Assembly (NCBI GenBank): GCA_965214375.1
Contig: OZ243947.1
Span: 2,318,550-2,382,549, forward strand
DNA from: Cellvibrionaceae bacterium
GTDB taxonomy: Bacteria; Pseudomonadota; Gammaproteobacteria; Pseudomonadales; Cellvibrionaceae
Direction: 5' to 3'
DNA length: 64,000 bases
In this document: in pieces, positions 29,159-38,988 of the stretch
How the letters are laid out: every line of letters begins with the position of its first letter
Position numbering within the stretch: the first letter of the stretch is position 1
Made by a program: the position numbers and the translations under genes
The notes under the pieces: model-generated
Told to the model about the DNA's origin: nothing
What the model saw: the letters and a program-made list of their open reading frames with translations, nothing else
Database searches by the model: none

Positions 29159-29611
29159 TTAGCTTAGTTTGCTTTTAATCAACTTGCTGGCGGCGCCCAT
29201 ATCGGCACGGCCTTGAAGTTGTGGTTTAAGAATACCCATGACTTTGCCCATATCCTGCATGCTAGCTGCACCCGTAGAGGCAATGGCGTCATCAATCAGG
29301 GCAAGGATTTCATCGTCGGTTAGAGGTTGGGGTAAAAACTCGGAGATCACACCGATTTCAAATTCTTCCTGATCGGCCAGCTCTTGGCGGTTGGCATCTA
29401 GGTACTGCTTTATAGAGTCGCGGCGTTGTTTGACCATTTTATCCAGTACCGCGAGAACGCGAGCATCGTCTAGTTCAATACGCTCGTCGACTTCGATGCG
29501 CTTAAATTCGGCTTGAATCAGGCGGATAGTGGCAAGACGTGGCTTATCCTTCGCTTTCATCGCGAGCTTCATTGCTTCGTGAATACGTTTTTGTAGCTCG
29601 CTTTTTGCCAT
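29159..29611 (-). CDS. GatB/YqeY domain protein
   Basis: AMKAKDK...KMVKQRRDSI...DMGKVMG. Confidence 0.93.
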   Translation of the reverse strand: MAKSELQKRIHEAMKLAMKAKDKPRLATIRLIQAEFKRIEVDERIELDDARVLAVLDKMVKQRRDSIKQYLDANRQELADQEEFEIGVISEFLPQPLTDDEILALIDDAIASTGAASMQDMGKVMGILKPQLQGRADMGAASKLIKSKLS

Positions 29612-29656
29612 GGTAGACCTCAAAGCCAAGCAAGAGACGCTTGGCAAAGGTTGGTT

Positions 29657-29872
29657 TTAGTACAGGCGTTGAAACTTGCGTGATTCGCGTTGTACTTTTT
29701 TAGCGTGGCGCTTAACCGCTGCAGCCGATTGACGTTTGCGAACCGTGGTTGGCTTCTCATAGTGTTCGCGACGACGAACTTCAGCCACAATACCCGCTTT
29801 TTCGCAAGAGCGCTTGAAACGACGCAGAGCGATATCAAACGGCTCGTTTTCTTTGATCTTTACAGAAGGCAT
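29657..29872 (-). CDS. rpsU: 30S ribosomal protein S21
   Basis: [27 protein letters not shown]. Confidence 0.99.
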   Translation of the reverse strand: MPSVKIKENEPFDIALRRFKRSCEKAGIVAEVRRREHYEKPTTVRKRQSAAAVKRHAKKVQRESRKFQRLY

Positions 29873-30194
29873 ACGTTACCCTAAGTGTTATCGTTAATCA
29901 TTTAACCAGTTAACCACGTAAAAGATATAGCTGGTACTCGTAAGAGGCGCAAATTCTACACAGTAAGACGTGTGATAACAAGGGTTACTGTGTGATTTTT
30001 TACTCTCTGGTATCATGTCCGCCTTTTATTCGTTGGCGCAGTTTTATTGCTATTACAAACCGTTGGAGGCAGGGATGCCGGAAACGAGCTACAGGGATGT
30101 GTTTATGCGTGTTTGGAATATCAATACAATCGCGCACACAAAGATATAATGCGCTTCCAAATATGATAAAACATAAAATAATCAGAGATTTATA

Positions 30195-31229
30195 GTGATA
30201 GTTATAGGAATCGAAACCTCATGTGATGAAACCGGTGTGGCTTTGTACGATAGCGGAAAGGGCTTGTTGGGGCATCATTTATACTCACAAGTTGCACTCC
30301 ACGGTGAATATGGCGGGGTGGTGCCGGAGTTGGCGTCGCGCGATCATATTCGCAAGTTACTGCCACTAGTAGATGAATTGCTGTCTGACTGTGGCCTGTC
30401 TAAACAAGATATCGGTGCTATCGCCTATACTCAAGGCCCCGGTCTGGTGGGTGCTTTAATGGTAGGTGCTTGTACCGGGCGTGCTCTGGCGTTGTCATTG
30501 GGGGTGCCTGCGATTGGTGTTCATCATATGGAAGGACATTTACTGGCCCCGATGTTGGAGGCAAATCCGCCATCGTTTCCTTTTATTGCCTTGTTGGTAT
30601 CGGGTGGTCATACCCAATTAGTGCGTGTGGATGCCATTGGAGAGTACCGTTTGTTGGGTGAGTCACTCGATGATGCTGCCGGTGAAGCGTTTGATAAAGC
30701 GGCAAAAATGTTGGATTTGGATTACCCCGGCGGTCCTCATATCGCCAAGCTGGCTGAAAAGGGTGAAGCAGGGCGTTTTACCTTTCCTAGGCCAATGACG
30801 GACCGTCCAGGTTTGGACTTCAGTTTTAGTGGTTTAAAAACCTATACCTTAAATACGGTCACCGCGCATGCCTTGGATGATGGCTTGCCCGACGATCAGA
30901 CCTGTGCCGATATCGCGCATGCCTTTCAAGAAGCGGTTGTTGATACGCTGGTCATCAAATGTCGCCGTGCATTGGAGCAGGAAAATTTAACCACTTTAGT
31001 AATCGCAGGGGGTGTATCTGCTAATACCCGCTTGCGTCAGCGTCTGGAAGAGGCGCGTGGAAAGATTAGTGCAGGTGTGTTTTATGCCCGCCATGAGTTT
31101 TGTACTGATAATGGAGCCATGATCGCTTATGCTGGTTGCCAGCGTTTACAGGCAGGGCAGGAAGATGACTTGTCAATTACGGTGAGATCGCGTTGGAATC
31201 TTGCAACCCTGCAGACGGTGAATGGTTAA
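30195..31229 (+). CDS. tsaD: tRNA N6-threonylcarbamoyladenosine synthesis protein TsaD
   Basis: [22 protein letters not shown] and CTDNGAMI. Confidence 0.97.
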   Translation: MIVIGIETSCDETGVALYDSGKGLLGHHLYSQVALHGEYGGVVPELASRDHIRKLLPLVDELLSDCGLSKQDIGAIAYTQGPGLVGALMVGACTGRALALSLGVPAIGVHHMEGHLLAPMLEANPPSFPFIALLVSGGHTQLVRVDAIGEYRLLGESLDDAAGEAFDKAAKMLDLDYPGGPHIAKLAEKGEAGRFTFPRPMTDRPGLDFSFSGLKTYTLNTVTAHALDDGLPDDQTCADIAHAFQEAVVDTLVIKCRRALEQENLTTLVIAGGVSANTRLRQRLEEARGKISAGVFYARHEFCTDNGAMIAYAGCQRLQAGQEDDLSITVRSRWNLATLQTVNG

Positions 31230-31240
31230 GGTGGCAATTA

Positions 31241-31594
31241 ATGGATAAGGTCATTATTCGTGATTTGCAGATAGAAACGATAGTCGGTCTCTACCCATGG
31301 GAGCGAGTGGTTCGGCAAACGTTATTCATTGATATGGATTTAATCACGGGCTTCCAGTTGGCGGTACGTGATGATGATTTACGTCATACCGTGGATTACT
31401 CAGCGGTTTGTGAAGCGGTGACGACGATGATTTGTGAAGGCCAATTTACCTTATTAGAAACGCTGGCTGACAATGTGGCGTCGATGATTCTGGAAACCTT
31501 TGCTGTCAGTGAATTGCGTTTGGGAGTTTACAAAAAGGATGTTATACCTAATGTCGGACGTGTGGGTATTGAAATTGAGCGTGGTGAATGTTGA
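31241..31594 (+). CDS. folB: Dihydroneopterin aldolase
   Basis: MDKVIIRDLQIETIVG...VDYSAV...VGIEIERG. Confidence 0.92.
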   Translation: MDKVIIRDLQIETIVGLYPWERVVRQTLFIDMDLITGFQLAVRDDDLRHTVDYSAVCEAVTTMICEGQFTLLETLADNVASMILETFAVSELRLGVYKKDVIPNVGRVGIEIERGEC

Positions 31595-32106
31595 TGCCTG
31601 AAGTCGTTGTCAGTATCGGTAGTAATTATCAGCGTACGGTTCATATTTCTCAGGCATTGGATTGCTTGGAGCAACAATTTGGCCATTTATCGCTGTCTTC
31701 TGTCTATGAGAGTACAGCAAGACAGCAAACGCCAGTAAACGATCAATATTATAATCTTGTCGCCAGCTTTACGACATCAGAGGCTCGCGCAACAGTGTGT
31801 CAGTCACTCAAATATATTGAGCAGCAATGTGGTCGCGATCGTTCAACAAACGACGTTGCTGTGGATATTGATTTGTTACTTTATGGTGATGATGTGGATA
31901 ATCATTTGCCGCATCAGGATATTTTGCAGCAGGCGTATGTGTTGTGGCCGTTGGCTGAATTATTGCCGCTGTACGTACATCCAACGACGCAGAAAAAGTT
32001 TCAACAATTATGGAAAGAATTTTCGGGTGATCGACAATTACAGGCGGTGGATTTTGTGTGGCGCGATCAGTTAATTTCTTCAGCGCCTGTTAGTCTAGTG
32101 CTATGA
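31588..32106 (+). CDS. folK: 2-amino-4-hydroxy-6-hydroxymethyldihydropteridine diphosphokinase
   Basis: SIGSN, SSVYES and DIDLLLYGD; follows folB. Confidence 0.88.
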   Translation: MLMPEVVVSIGSNYQRTVHISQALDCLEQQFGHLSLSSVYESTARQQTPVNDQYYNLVASFTTSEARATVCQSLKYIEQQCGRDRSTNDVAVDIDLLLYGDDVDNHLPHQDILQQAYVLWPLAELLPLYVHPTTQKKFQQLWKEFSGDRQLQAVDFVWRDQLISSAPVSLVL

Positions 32107-33092
32107 CGACGTCTGTAAACACCCTTCAAAATAATGCCACTGTGGTGGTTGTTGGTGCAGGTCCTGCTGGTATGTCTGCTGCGCTCTGGTTAAAGCATCT
32201 TGGGCTTCAGCCACTGATCCTTGAAAAAGAATCACAGCCGGGTGGTATGCAGCGCTTCAATTTTTTGCACAACGAATGGGTGCTCGGCCAGCAAAACATG
32301 ACGGGCGTACAAGTTGGAGAGCATTTTTTTCAGCACATTCTTGATGAAGATATTGAATGTCGCTGTGGTGTTTCTATTCACCGCATCGATAGGGATAACA
32401 ATGAGATCGTTATCACTTACCTGAATGATGCGGGAGTAGAAGTCAGCCTGTGTTGCGGTGCTGTGCTTGTGGCAACGGGTACGCGTTTTTTGGGTTCGGA
32501 GATACTTCCAGTGTCTGCTGAGAGTGTCAAGGATAAACATCAAGTGATTGTGGAAGGCCCCTATGCGTTTTTGGAGATGGAATCTATTGCTAATCAGCGT
32601 GTTGCCATTATCGGTGCGGGTGATAATGCGTTTGAAAATGCCTTGCGATTATTAAAAAATAATTGTGACGTTTTTTTATTAGCACGATCGCAGCCATCCG
32701 CACAGAAAAAATTCCTTGATGAGGTTATCTCTCATCCACTGTTTACCTTATATCAATCTGTCAGGATGAACAGTGTGGATATCATACCGGGTGGTGTGTC
32801 ATTACGTTTTTCCATACCAACACCTGTGCATCTGGATGTGGATCGTTTGCATGTCTTAGCCGGTTACCAGCCGAATAGTCGTGAGCTTTCTCAAGTATTC
32901 GGTGCAGAATTACAGTGTGATGCGAAGGCATTTGTTCTTGTTGATGCCGAGGGACGTACGACTATTCCCGGTGTTTACGCCGCAGGTGATATTTGTAATC
33001 CGGCCTTTCCCAGTGTGGTCAGTGCGCTGGCTTCTGGTGCGTTGGCAGCGAAAACGATTAGTCGTGATTTTTCTGCCAGCTCTCATTCTTAG
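32103..33092 (+). CDS. NAD(P)/FAD-dependent oxidoreductase, thioredoxin-reductase-like without CxxC
   Basis: GAGPAG, GAGDNA and [11 protein letters not shown] motifs. Confidence 0.8.
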   Translation: MTTSVNTLQNNATVVVVGAGPAGMSAALWLKHLGLQPLILEKESQPGGMQRFNFLHNEWVLGQQNMTGVQVGEHFFQHILDEDIECRCGVSIHRIDRDNNEIVITYLNDAGVEVSLCCGAVLVATGTRFLGSEILPVSAESVKDKHQVIVEGPYAFLEMESIANQRVAIIGAGDNAFENALRLLKNNCDVFLLARSQPSAQKKFLDEVISHPLFTLYQSVRMNSVDIIPGGVSLRFSIPTPVHLDVDRLHVLAGYQPNSRELSQVFGAELQCDAKAFVLVDAEGRTTIPGVYAAGDICNPAFPSVVSALASGALAAKTISRDFSASSHS

Positions 33093-34206
33093 CGTGTTTG
33101 CATAACCATTGGTGTAGTTTTTCTGCGCGGGCGGTTTGAATCGCCTCGCCCAATGCTTTTCCTTGGTAACCTTGTTGTATCAAGGTTTGCGGTTCAATAC
33201 TATCGAAAATACTGAGTGCCTCTTTAAGTATTTCTTTTTGTAAAAAATCCCCTTGATTTTCTACGGCATAGATCGCTTCGCAGACAAGAAGTAATTTCTC
33301 AAAGCGTTCATTTTTTCGCATCGCATCGGTCTGTAAAAATAAGGTGGCAAAGGCATCCGCCGTCCATGTATCAGGTGTGCTAATGAATGGATACTGTTGT
33401 TGTGCCATGCGTGCAAGTTTATGATACGCCTTGGGCGTTGCTAAATGTTCACACGTCTTATCAATGTCTGCAGCACTCATGGGATAGCACCATGCAGCAT
33501 AACGAATTAAGGGTAACGGATGAGTTGCCGTCGCGGCCAGCAAATATTGTCGTGATGTTTGGATATGCTTGACTGTTATTGCGGGTAATATATCGTTTAG
33601 TGCTGCACATTTTTGTAGTACATCAAAAAATATTTCGGGGTTTCTTTCACTCAGTGCTTTAAAGCATTCCTGCCACATTCGTTCAGCAACAATGTGTTGT
33701 GTCTCGCCGGCAGCGACCATCGTTTGCATTAGTGTCAGGGTTTCTGTTGCGATAGTAAATCCTAGCTGATGATAGCGAGCTGCAAAACGGGCAACACGCA
33801 AAATCCGTACGGGGTCTTCACTAAAAGCAGGTGAAACGTGGCGCAAGCGTTTTTCTGTAAGATCTTTTTGTCCGTGGTATGGGTCAATAAGATTGCCATC
33901 ATCGTCCATTGCCATCGCATTGATGGTGAGGTCGCGGCGTTTAAGATCTTGTTCTAGCGAAACGGAGGGGTCAGTGTGGAAAGTAAACCCTTTATAACCC
34001 GGTGCGACTTTGCGTTCGGTACGCGCCAATGCATATTCTTCGCCTGTGTTTGGATGAATAAAGACTGGGAAGTCCTTGCCAACGGGTGTATAGCCTTGTC
34101 TGGCCATGGCTTCAGGTGAGCTGCCAACAACCACCCAATCTTTTTCCTGATAAGGGTAGCCCAGCAGTGTGTCGCGCACTGCGCCACCGACAAGGTAAGT
34201 TTTCAT
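33058..34206 (-). CDS. cca: CCA-adding tRNA nucleotidyltransferase
   Basis: [32 protein letters not shown] and [12 protein letters not shown]. Confidence 0.95.
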   Translation of the reverse strand: MKTYLVGGAVRDTLLGYPYQEKDWVVVGSSPEAMARQGYTPVGKDFPVFIHPNTGEEYALARTERKVAPGYKGFTFHTDPSVSLEQDLKRRDLTINAMAMDDDGNLIDPYHGQKDLTEKRLRHVSPAFSEDPVRILRVARFAARYHQLGFTIATETLTLMQTMVAAGETQHIVAERMWQECFKALSERNPEIFFDVLQKCAALNDILPAITVKHIQTSRQYLLAATATHPLPLIRYAAWCYPMSAADIDKTCEHLATPKAYHKLARMAQQQYPFISTPDTWTADAFATLFLQTDAMRKNERFEKLLLVCEAIYAVENQGDFLQKEILKEALSIFDSIEPQTLIQQGYQGKALGEAIQTARAEKLHQWLCKHAKNESWQKNHD

Positions 34207-34264
34207 GCTTGCATTTTTTGTGGAAATCCCCCACACTCCGTTTGTCTTAAAAGAGAATTTTTTC

Positions 34265-34419
34265 ATGTTATCACAAAACTCTGCATTACTACTGAAACGA
34301 GCACGCTGGGCGGTGATTGTCCCTGCGCACGCGTATGTGTTTGATGCTGTGAGATTATTGTGAGGTAACCTGTTTACTGAATACAAAAGCCGCAGCGTAA
34401 AACCTGCGGCTTTTTTTTT
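34265..34419 (+). promoter_or_regulatory. Candidate leader-peptide attenuator (Leu-Leu-Leu) with terminator/antiterminator
   Basis: 32-aa uORF 34265-34363; alternative helix 34339-34351/34391-34403; terminator AAAAGCCGCAG...CTGCGGCTTTTTTTTT. Confidence 0.55.
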
Positions 34420-34430
34420 GGGGAAAAAAT

Positions 34431-35309
34431 ATGATCAATGTTGTCGCGTATGCGGCCTTGATTGCTATTTGGTCGACAACACCACTGGCAATCAAATGGA
34501 GCGCTAACGATGTCTCATTTGCTGGAGCCATTTTCTGGCGCATACTGTTGTCTGCGATATTCGCCTTGTTGATTCTTGTGGTAAGAAAGCAACCGTTGTG
34601 GGGTTATCGTCATGCGATGCGCTACTATCTCGTTGCTGCCTTGGGTATTGCCCCCAATTTTTTGTTGGTGTATTGGGCTTCGTTAACGATCTCTTCGGGT
34701 TTGATCTCCGTTATTTTTAGTACCACTCCGTTTTTAATGGGCGTGTTCTCTTATCTGTTTTTGGGGAAGCAGGTGTTTACACTAAGGCGTGTATTTGCGT
34801 TGTTAATTGCCACAGGTGGCTTGCTATTGGTGTTTGCCGATCAGTTGTTGGTGATGGGTGCTAATGGCGCCTATGGTGTGATAGCAATGGTCGCTTCTGT
34901 GGTGCTGTTTTCAATCAGTGGTATCTGGTTACAGTCCTTTCAGGTGGACATTCCTGTATTGCAGAAAACCACCGGAGGTCTATGTTTTTCAGTGCCTCCG
35001 TTGGCACTGGTGTGGTGGTTTACGGATGGTACCTTGCCGATCAATGTGACTATGCAAGGTGGCTTTTCAATACTCTATCTGGGGGTGTTTGGTTCCCTGA
35101 TCGGTTTTGCTCTGTATTATTTTTTGTTACACCGGCTGTCAGCTTATGTGGTTTCCACAGTGGGTATGATTAGCCCTGTATTTGCATTGTTGTTAGGGCA
35201 GTGGTTGGCTGATGAAGTGCTCACTGAGCGAATATTATGGGGCACTGGGTTGGTGTTGTTGGGCTTAACGATATACCATATGCGCACCAAACGTATGATA
35301 AGAGGTTAG
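34431..35309 (+). CDS. DMT/EamA family transporter
   Basis: [10 protein letters not shown]; ten TM segments in two EamA repeats. Confidence 0.9.
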   Translation: MINVVAYAALIAIWSTTPLAIKWSANDVSFAGAIFWRILLSAIFALLILVVRKQPLWGYRHAMRYYLVAALGIAPNFLLVYWASLTISSGLISVIFSTTPFLMGVFSYLFLGKQVFTLRRVFALLIATGGLLLVFADQLLVMGANGAYGVIAMVASVVLFSISGIWLQSFQVDIPVLQKTTGGLCFSVPPLALVWWFTDGTLPINVTMQGGFSILYLGVFGSLIGFALYYFLLHRLSAYVVSTVGMISPVFALLLGQWLADEVLTERILWGTGLVLLGLTIYHMRTKRMIRG

Positions 35310-35311
35310 GT

Positions 35312-36334
35312 GTGAAAGTTTTGGTAACGGGTGGAGCAGGCTATATTGGTAGCCATACCTGCGTCGAGCTATTACAGGCTGGTTTTGAGGTTATAGTTTT
35401 TGATAGTCTTGCCAATAGCCATGTAGAGTCCTTGACGCGTGTCCAATCCATTACGGGTCAGCCTGTGGACTTTGTGCAGGGTGATATCCGGGATCGTGAC
35501 CAGCTTCGGGCCGTGTTCTCGAATCATTCGATTGATGCGGTTATCCATTTTGCCGGTCTTAAAGCGGTCGGTGAGTCATCGCAGATTCCTTTGCATTACT
35601 ACGACGTCAATGTTGGCGGCTCTATTGCTCTGATGGCAGTGATGGAAGAATGCGGGTGTCATGCGCTGGTGTTTAGTTCCTCGGCAACAGTCTACGGCGC
35701 CGAAGCGCCTATCCCTTATGTAGAAACACTGCCTACAGCAGCATGTAATGTCTACGGTCGTACCAAATTGATGGTGGAAGACATTTTACGTGATGCGGCT
35801 GCCAAGCCTCAGAGCCAATGGAATATTAGCCTGTTACGTTATTTTAATCCTATAGGTGCCCATAGCAGCGGCTTAATCGGAGAAGACCCTCAAGGTATTC
35901 CCAATAATTTATTACCGTATGTGGCACAAGTCGCGGTTGGACGCTTGCCTACACTGCAGATATTTGGTGACGATTACGATACGGTAGATGGTACCGGGGT
36001 GCGTGATTATATGCATGTGGTTGATCTTGCTCGTGGACACGTCAAGGCAGTACAGGCTATGCAAGGTGGCCGTCATGGGTGTCGTGCTTATAATCTGGGT
36101 GCCGGAAAAGGTTATAGCGTATTGCAAGTGGTTGCTGCTTTTGAAAAAGCCAGCGGTAAATCTGTTCCTTATCAGATAGCGCCACGACGTCAGGGTGATT
36201 TAGCTGAATACTACGCCGATGCCCGTTTGGCATTAAAAGAGTTGGGTTGGCAAACCGAATACGATTTAGATGCCATGGTTGAAGATACGTGGCGTTGGCA
36301 GTTTAATAACCCTAATGGTTATAAGTCGGCTTGA
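35312..36334 (+). CDS. galE: UDP-glucose 4-epimerase
   Basis: VLVTGGAGYIGSH, FAGLKAVGES, FSSSATVYG and LRYFNPIGAH. Confidence 0.97.
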   Translation: MKVLVTGGAGYIGSHTCVELLQAGFEVIVFDSLANSHVESLTRVQSITGQPVDFVQGDIRDRDQLRAVFSNHSIDAVIHFAGLKAVGESSQIPLHYYDVNVGGSIALMAVMEECGCHALVFSSSATVYGAEAPIPYVETLPTAACNVYGRTKLMVEDILRDAAAKPQSQWNISLLRYFNPIGAHSSGLIGEDPQGIPNNLLPYVAQVAVGRLPTLQIFGDDYDTVDGTGVRDYMHVVDLARGHVKAVQAMQGGRHGCRAYNLGAGKGYSVLQVVAAFEKASGKSVPYQIAPRRQGDLAEYYADARLALKELGWQTEYDLDAMVEDTWRWQFNNPNGYKSA

Positions 36335-36335
36335 C

Positions 36336-37016
36336 TCACCCGGGCTGAATACGAATAAAGGGGTTGATGAGCCAGCCCAGTATGCCTGTTAATTTAACGG
36401 GCGCTTCTTCCACTGACAGGCACAAGCAATCTTCGTTGCTGGAAGCCATTGGGCGATGCGCATCACCATCTTGTCGTTCAATAAAATCGCCAGGCTGATA
36501 AACGCCATCTTCGTCTGAGAAGCTGCCCCTGAGCACAACAGTGATCTCTCTACCGCCATGGTCATGATGTGGTACACGCCCTCCGGCGGCAATCTTTTGT
36601 AGTGAAACGCAATACTCTTCTTGCCCTGTAACGAGTGGAGCAGTCTTTAGTGTACTCGTTACGCGCTTCCAATTTACGGTTTGTTGAGATAGCAATTTCT
36701 GCAGAGCTTTGGGGAGGTCTGCATGTTTAGCATTCACCTTATGATGAGGTTCATTATGCGCTTCAGATGCCACATCGGTATGCTCATAAATACACTGTAA
36801 TAGTTTAGTGAAAGCTTGATCAAGTTCAGGCTGGGATGTCTTTTCGCGTTCTAATAGAGCGCCGCCGAGTGCTTCCAGATCGCGCACCTTTTGGCGAGAC
36901 GCAGGGCAGTAGTGCAGGTGTGCGCTCACCGCAATGGCTTGTGCGGGCGGGAGTACTCCTGCCGCAAATTCGGCTAAGAGGGTTTCTTCAGGATGATGTT
37001 GAGGACTGTATTTCAT
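36336..37016 (-). CDS. chrR: ChrR-family anti-sigmaE factor (ZAS + cupin)
   Basis: HHPEETLL...H-x3-C-x2-S N-terminus; cupin HDHGGREITVVLRGSFSDE. Confidence 0.9.
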   Translation of the reverse strand: MKYSPQHHPEETLLAEFAAGVLPPAQAIAVSAHLHYCPASRQKVRDLEALGGALLEREKTSQPELDQAFTKLLQCIYEHTDVASEAHNEPHHKVNAKHADLPKALQKLLSQQTVNWKRVTSTLKTAPLVTGQEEYCVSLQKIAAGGRVPHHDHGGREITVVLRGSFSDEDGVYQPGDFIERQDGDAHRPMASSNEDCLCLSVEEAPVKLTGILGWLINPFIRIQPG

Positions 37017-37636
37017 TGTGATGTAAGTATCGCTTTTAGTTTCTTTTGGGCAAGCCTGACTCGAGACTTAACCGTTCCCAGTGGTAGTTTTAGTTCGGCA
37101 GCCACTTCTTGGTGAGATTTTGCTTCCATATAGACTTTACGGATAATATTGGCCTGCTCTATGGGTAGTTTGTCTAAAGATGCGCCAATATTTGATGCGT
37201 CACGGTGTTGTGTTAAGGACGTATAGGGCCCATTTTCAGTGAAGTCTTCCCAGATATCCTCTGTCTCTATGGAGTAGGTGTTATGGTGCTTTTTCTGACG
37301 GCGAATCATATCGATATAGGTGTTACGCGCCAGCGTAAATATCCAAGTGCTGGCAGCCGCCTTGAGAGGATCGTAGCTTTTGGCCTTGTTCCAGACCTTG
37401 ATCATCACTTCCTGAATCAGTTCTTCTATCATCTGCTGAGATTGTTGAGAAGGGAATTTGGCTAAAAAGTAACTTTTCAACAAGGGGGCAAAGTGCATAA
37501 AAAGAGACTCAAAGGAACCACGATCATGGTGCTCACTGACGTTAATAAGGTGATTGTTCCATACCTCTATGGTATTTTGCGGTTCCTGCATCGATGAGGA
37601 AGCTCTTGATGATTGTGTTACTGATGATCTTAGCAT
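37013..37636 (-). CDS. rpoE: ECF sigma factor of the RpoE/ChrR type
   Basis: WIFTLARN and PLGTVKSRVRLA; adjacent to chrR. Confidence 0.88.
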   Translation of the reverse strand: MLRSSVTQSSRASSSMQEPQNTIEVWNNHLINVSEHHDRGSFESLFMHFAPLLKSYFLAKFPSQQSQQMIEELIQEVMIKVWNKAKSYDPLKAAASTWIFTLARNTYIDMIRRQKKHHNTYSIETEDIWEDFTENGPYTSLTQHRDASNIGASLDKLPIEQANIIRKVYMEAKSHQEVAAELKLPLGTVKSRVRLAQKKLKAILTSQ

Positions 37637-37664
37637 ACCTAGTGTCCGCGTGAATTCTTATATT

Positions 37665-37692
37665 TCTACGCCACATGGCGTATGTTGGATGA
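37665..37692 (-). promoter_or_regulatory. sigmaE-type promoter for rpoE-chrR
   Basis: TCATCC-N16-CGTAGA on the minus strand. Confidence 0.6.
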
Positions 37693-37708
37693 CTGTTAGT
37701 GTTTTTTT

Positions 37709-37736
37709 TGATCTATGTATTAGGTGCTTTCGTAAG
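37709..37736 (+). promoter_or_regulatory. sigmaE-type promoter for the fatty-acid modification operon
   Basis: TGATCT-N16-CGTAAG. Confidence 0.65.
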
Positions 37737-37765
37737 AACGGTTATAAGAAACTGTGGAGTACACC

Positions 37766-38203
37766 ATGCAAACAGCGCTATTAGACAAATTTCGTGAATA
37801 TTACGGTCATTTTGATCAATATGACCTCAATATGCTGGGTGATTTTTATAGTCCGGATATTTATTTCTGTGACCCTGTACATGAAATTCATGGCTTGCCT
37901 GAGTTAACGGATTACTTTTATCAAGTCTGTGCTGGCCTTATTGCTTGCCGTTTTGAGTTTGTGGGAGAAACGCTCGCAGAAGAAAGTGCCTGGTTTAAGT
38001 GGGTAATGCATTATCAGCATCCGCAGTTAAATCAGGGGGAAAGTCTCGAGCTCACCGGGGCCAGCTATTTACGCTTCAATAAAGATCGCAGCCTGATAGG
38101 AGCGCATGAAGACTTTTATGATATGGGCAGTATGTTATATGAACATGTGCCAGTGTTAGGCGGTGGTGTACGTTGGTTAAAGAAGCGTCTAGTCAATGAA
38201 TAA
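37766..38203 (+). CDS. Nuclear transport factor 2 (SnoaL-like) family protein
   Basis: YSPDIYFCDPVHEIHG...HEDFYDMG...LYEHVPVLG. Confidence 0.85.
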   Translation: MQTALLDKFREYYGHFDQYDLNMLGDFYSPDIYFCDPVHEIHGLPELTDYFYQVCAGLIACRFEFVGETLAEESAWFKWVMHYQHPQLNQGESLELTGASYLRFNKDRSLIGAHEDFYDMGSMLYEHVPVLGGGVRWLKKRLVNE

Positions 38204-38205
38204 GG

Positions 38206-38988
38206 ATGATGGCGATGAGCTATATAGAATTGCGTGATAAAACCATATGGATCACGGGGGCGAGTTCTGGTATCGGTTACGAGTTGGCTTTACAACTGGC
38301 GGATCAAGGTAATTTTGTTATTGCGAGTGCCCGAAATCAGGAACAGTTAGCCTCTTTAGTGGCTCATTCGCCTAAACGTATTGTTGCACTACCTGCGGAT
38401 ATATCAGACAGCACTACTCGCCCGTTAATCAAAGACAAGTTAAGTGAAATTACGGATTCTATCGATATATTGATTATGTCGGCGGGTGTTGTGGGTTATG
38501 ACGATAACTTGCTGTTTTCCGATGAAATGTATCAGTACGTTTTTGGTGCTAATTTTTTTGGTTTGGTCAATACCATGGCGATTGCCAGACCGTTTTTGGA
38601 TAAATCACAACAACGGGCTTATGTGGTCGGTGTGAGTAGTATGTCGATGATGATTGCATTCCCTCGAGCGCAAGCCTATGGTGCTTCTAAAGCTGCAGCT
38701 GATTATTTTCTACATTCATTATGTATTGATCTGCCGCAGCGTCATTATGATGTCAGTATTGTTCGCCCCGGTTTTATAAAAACAACGATGACGGACGAGA
38801 ATGATTTCCCCATGCCTTTCCTGATGACCGCAGAGGTTGCCGCCAAACGCATTATCAGTGGTATGAAAAAACGTAAACGTTTAATTGAGTTTCCGCGACG
38901 TCTTGGATGGCTGATTAGAGTCATATCTTGGTTTCCTTCGTTGTGGTATGGAATTATTGGCCCTAAGTCGAGTCGTAATCAATTATGA
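38206..38988 (+). CDS. Short-chain dehydrogenase/reductase
   Basis: ITGASSGIG and YGASK. Confidence 0.92.
   Translation: MMAMSYIELRDKTIWITGASSGIGYELALQLADQGNFVIASARNQEQLASLVAHSPKRIVALPADISDSTTRPLIKDKLSEITDSIDILIMSAGVVGYDDNLLFSDEMYQYVFGANFFGLVNTMAIARPFLDKSQQRAYVVGVSSMSMMIAFPRAQAYGASKAAADYFLHSLCIDLPQRHYDVSIVRPGFIKTTMTDENDFPMPFLMTAEVAAKRIISGMKKRKRLIEFPRRLGWLIRVISWFPSLWYGIIGPKSSRNQL

Noticed and set aside
34207-34386. 60-aa N-terminal extension of CCA in the ORF track
   Set aside because: The conserved protein begins at MKTYLVGG. The extension is the antisense of the putative attenuator region.
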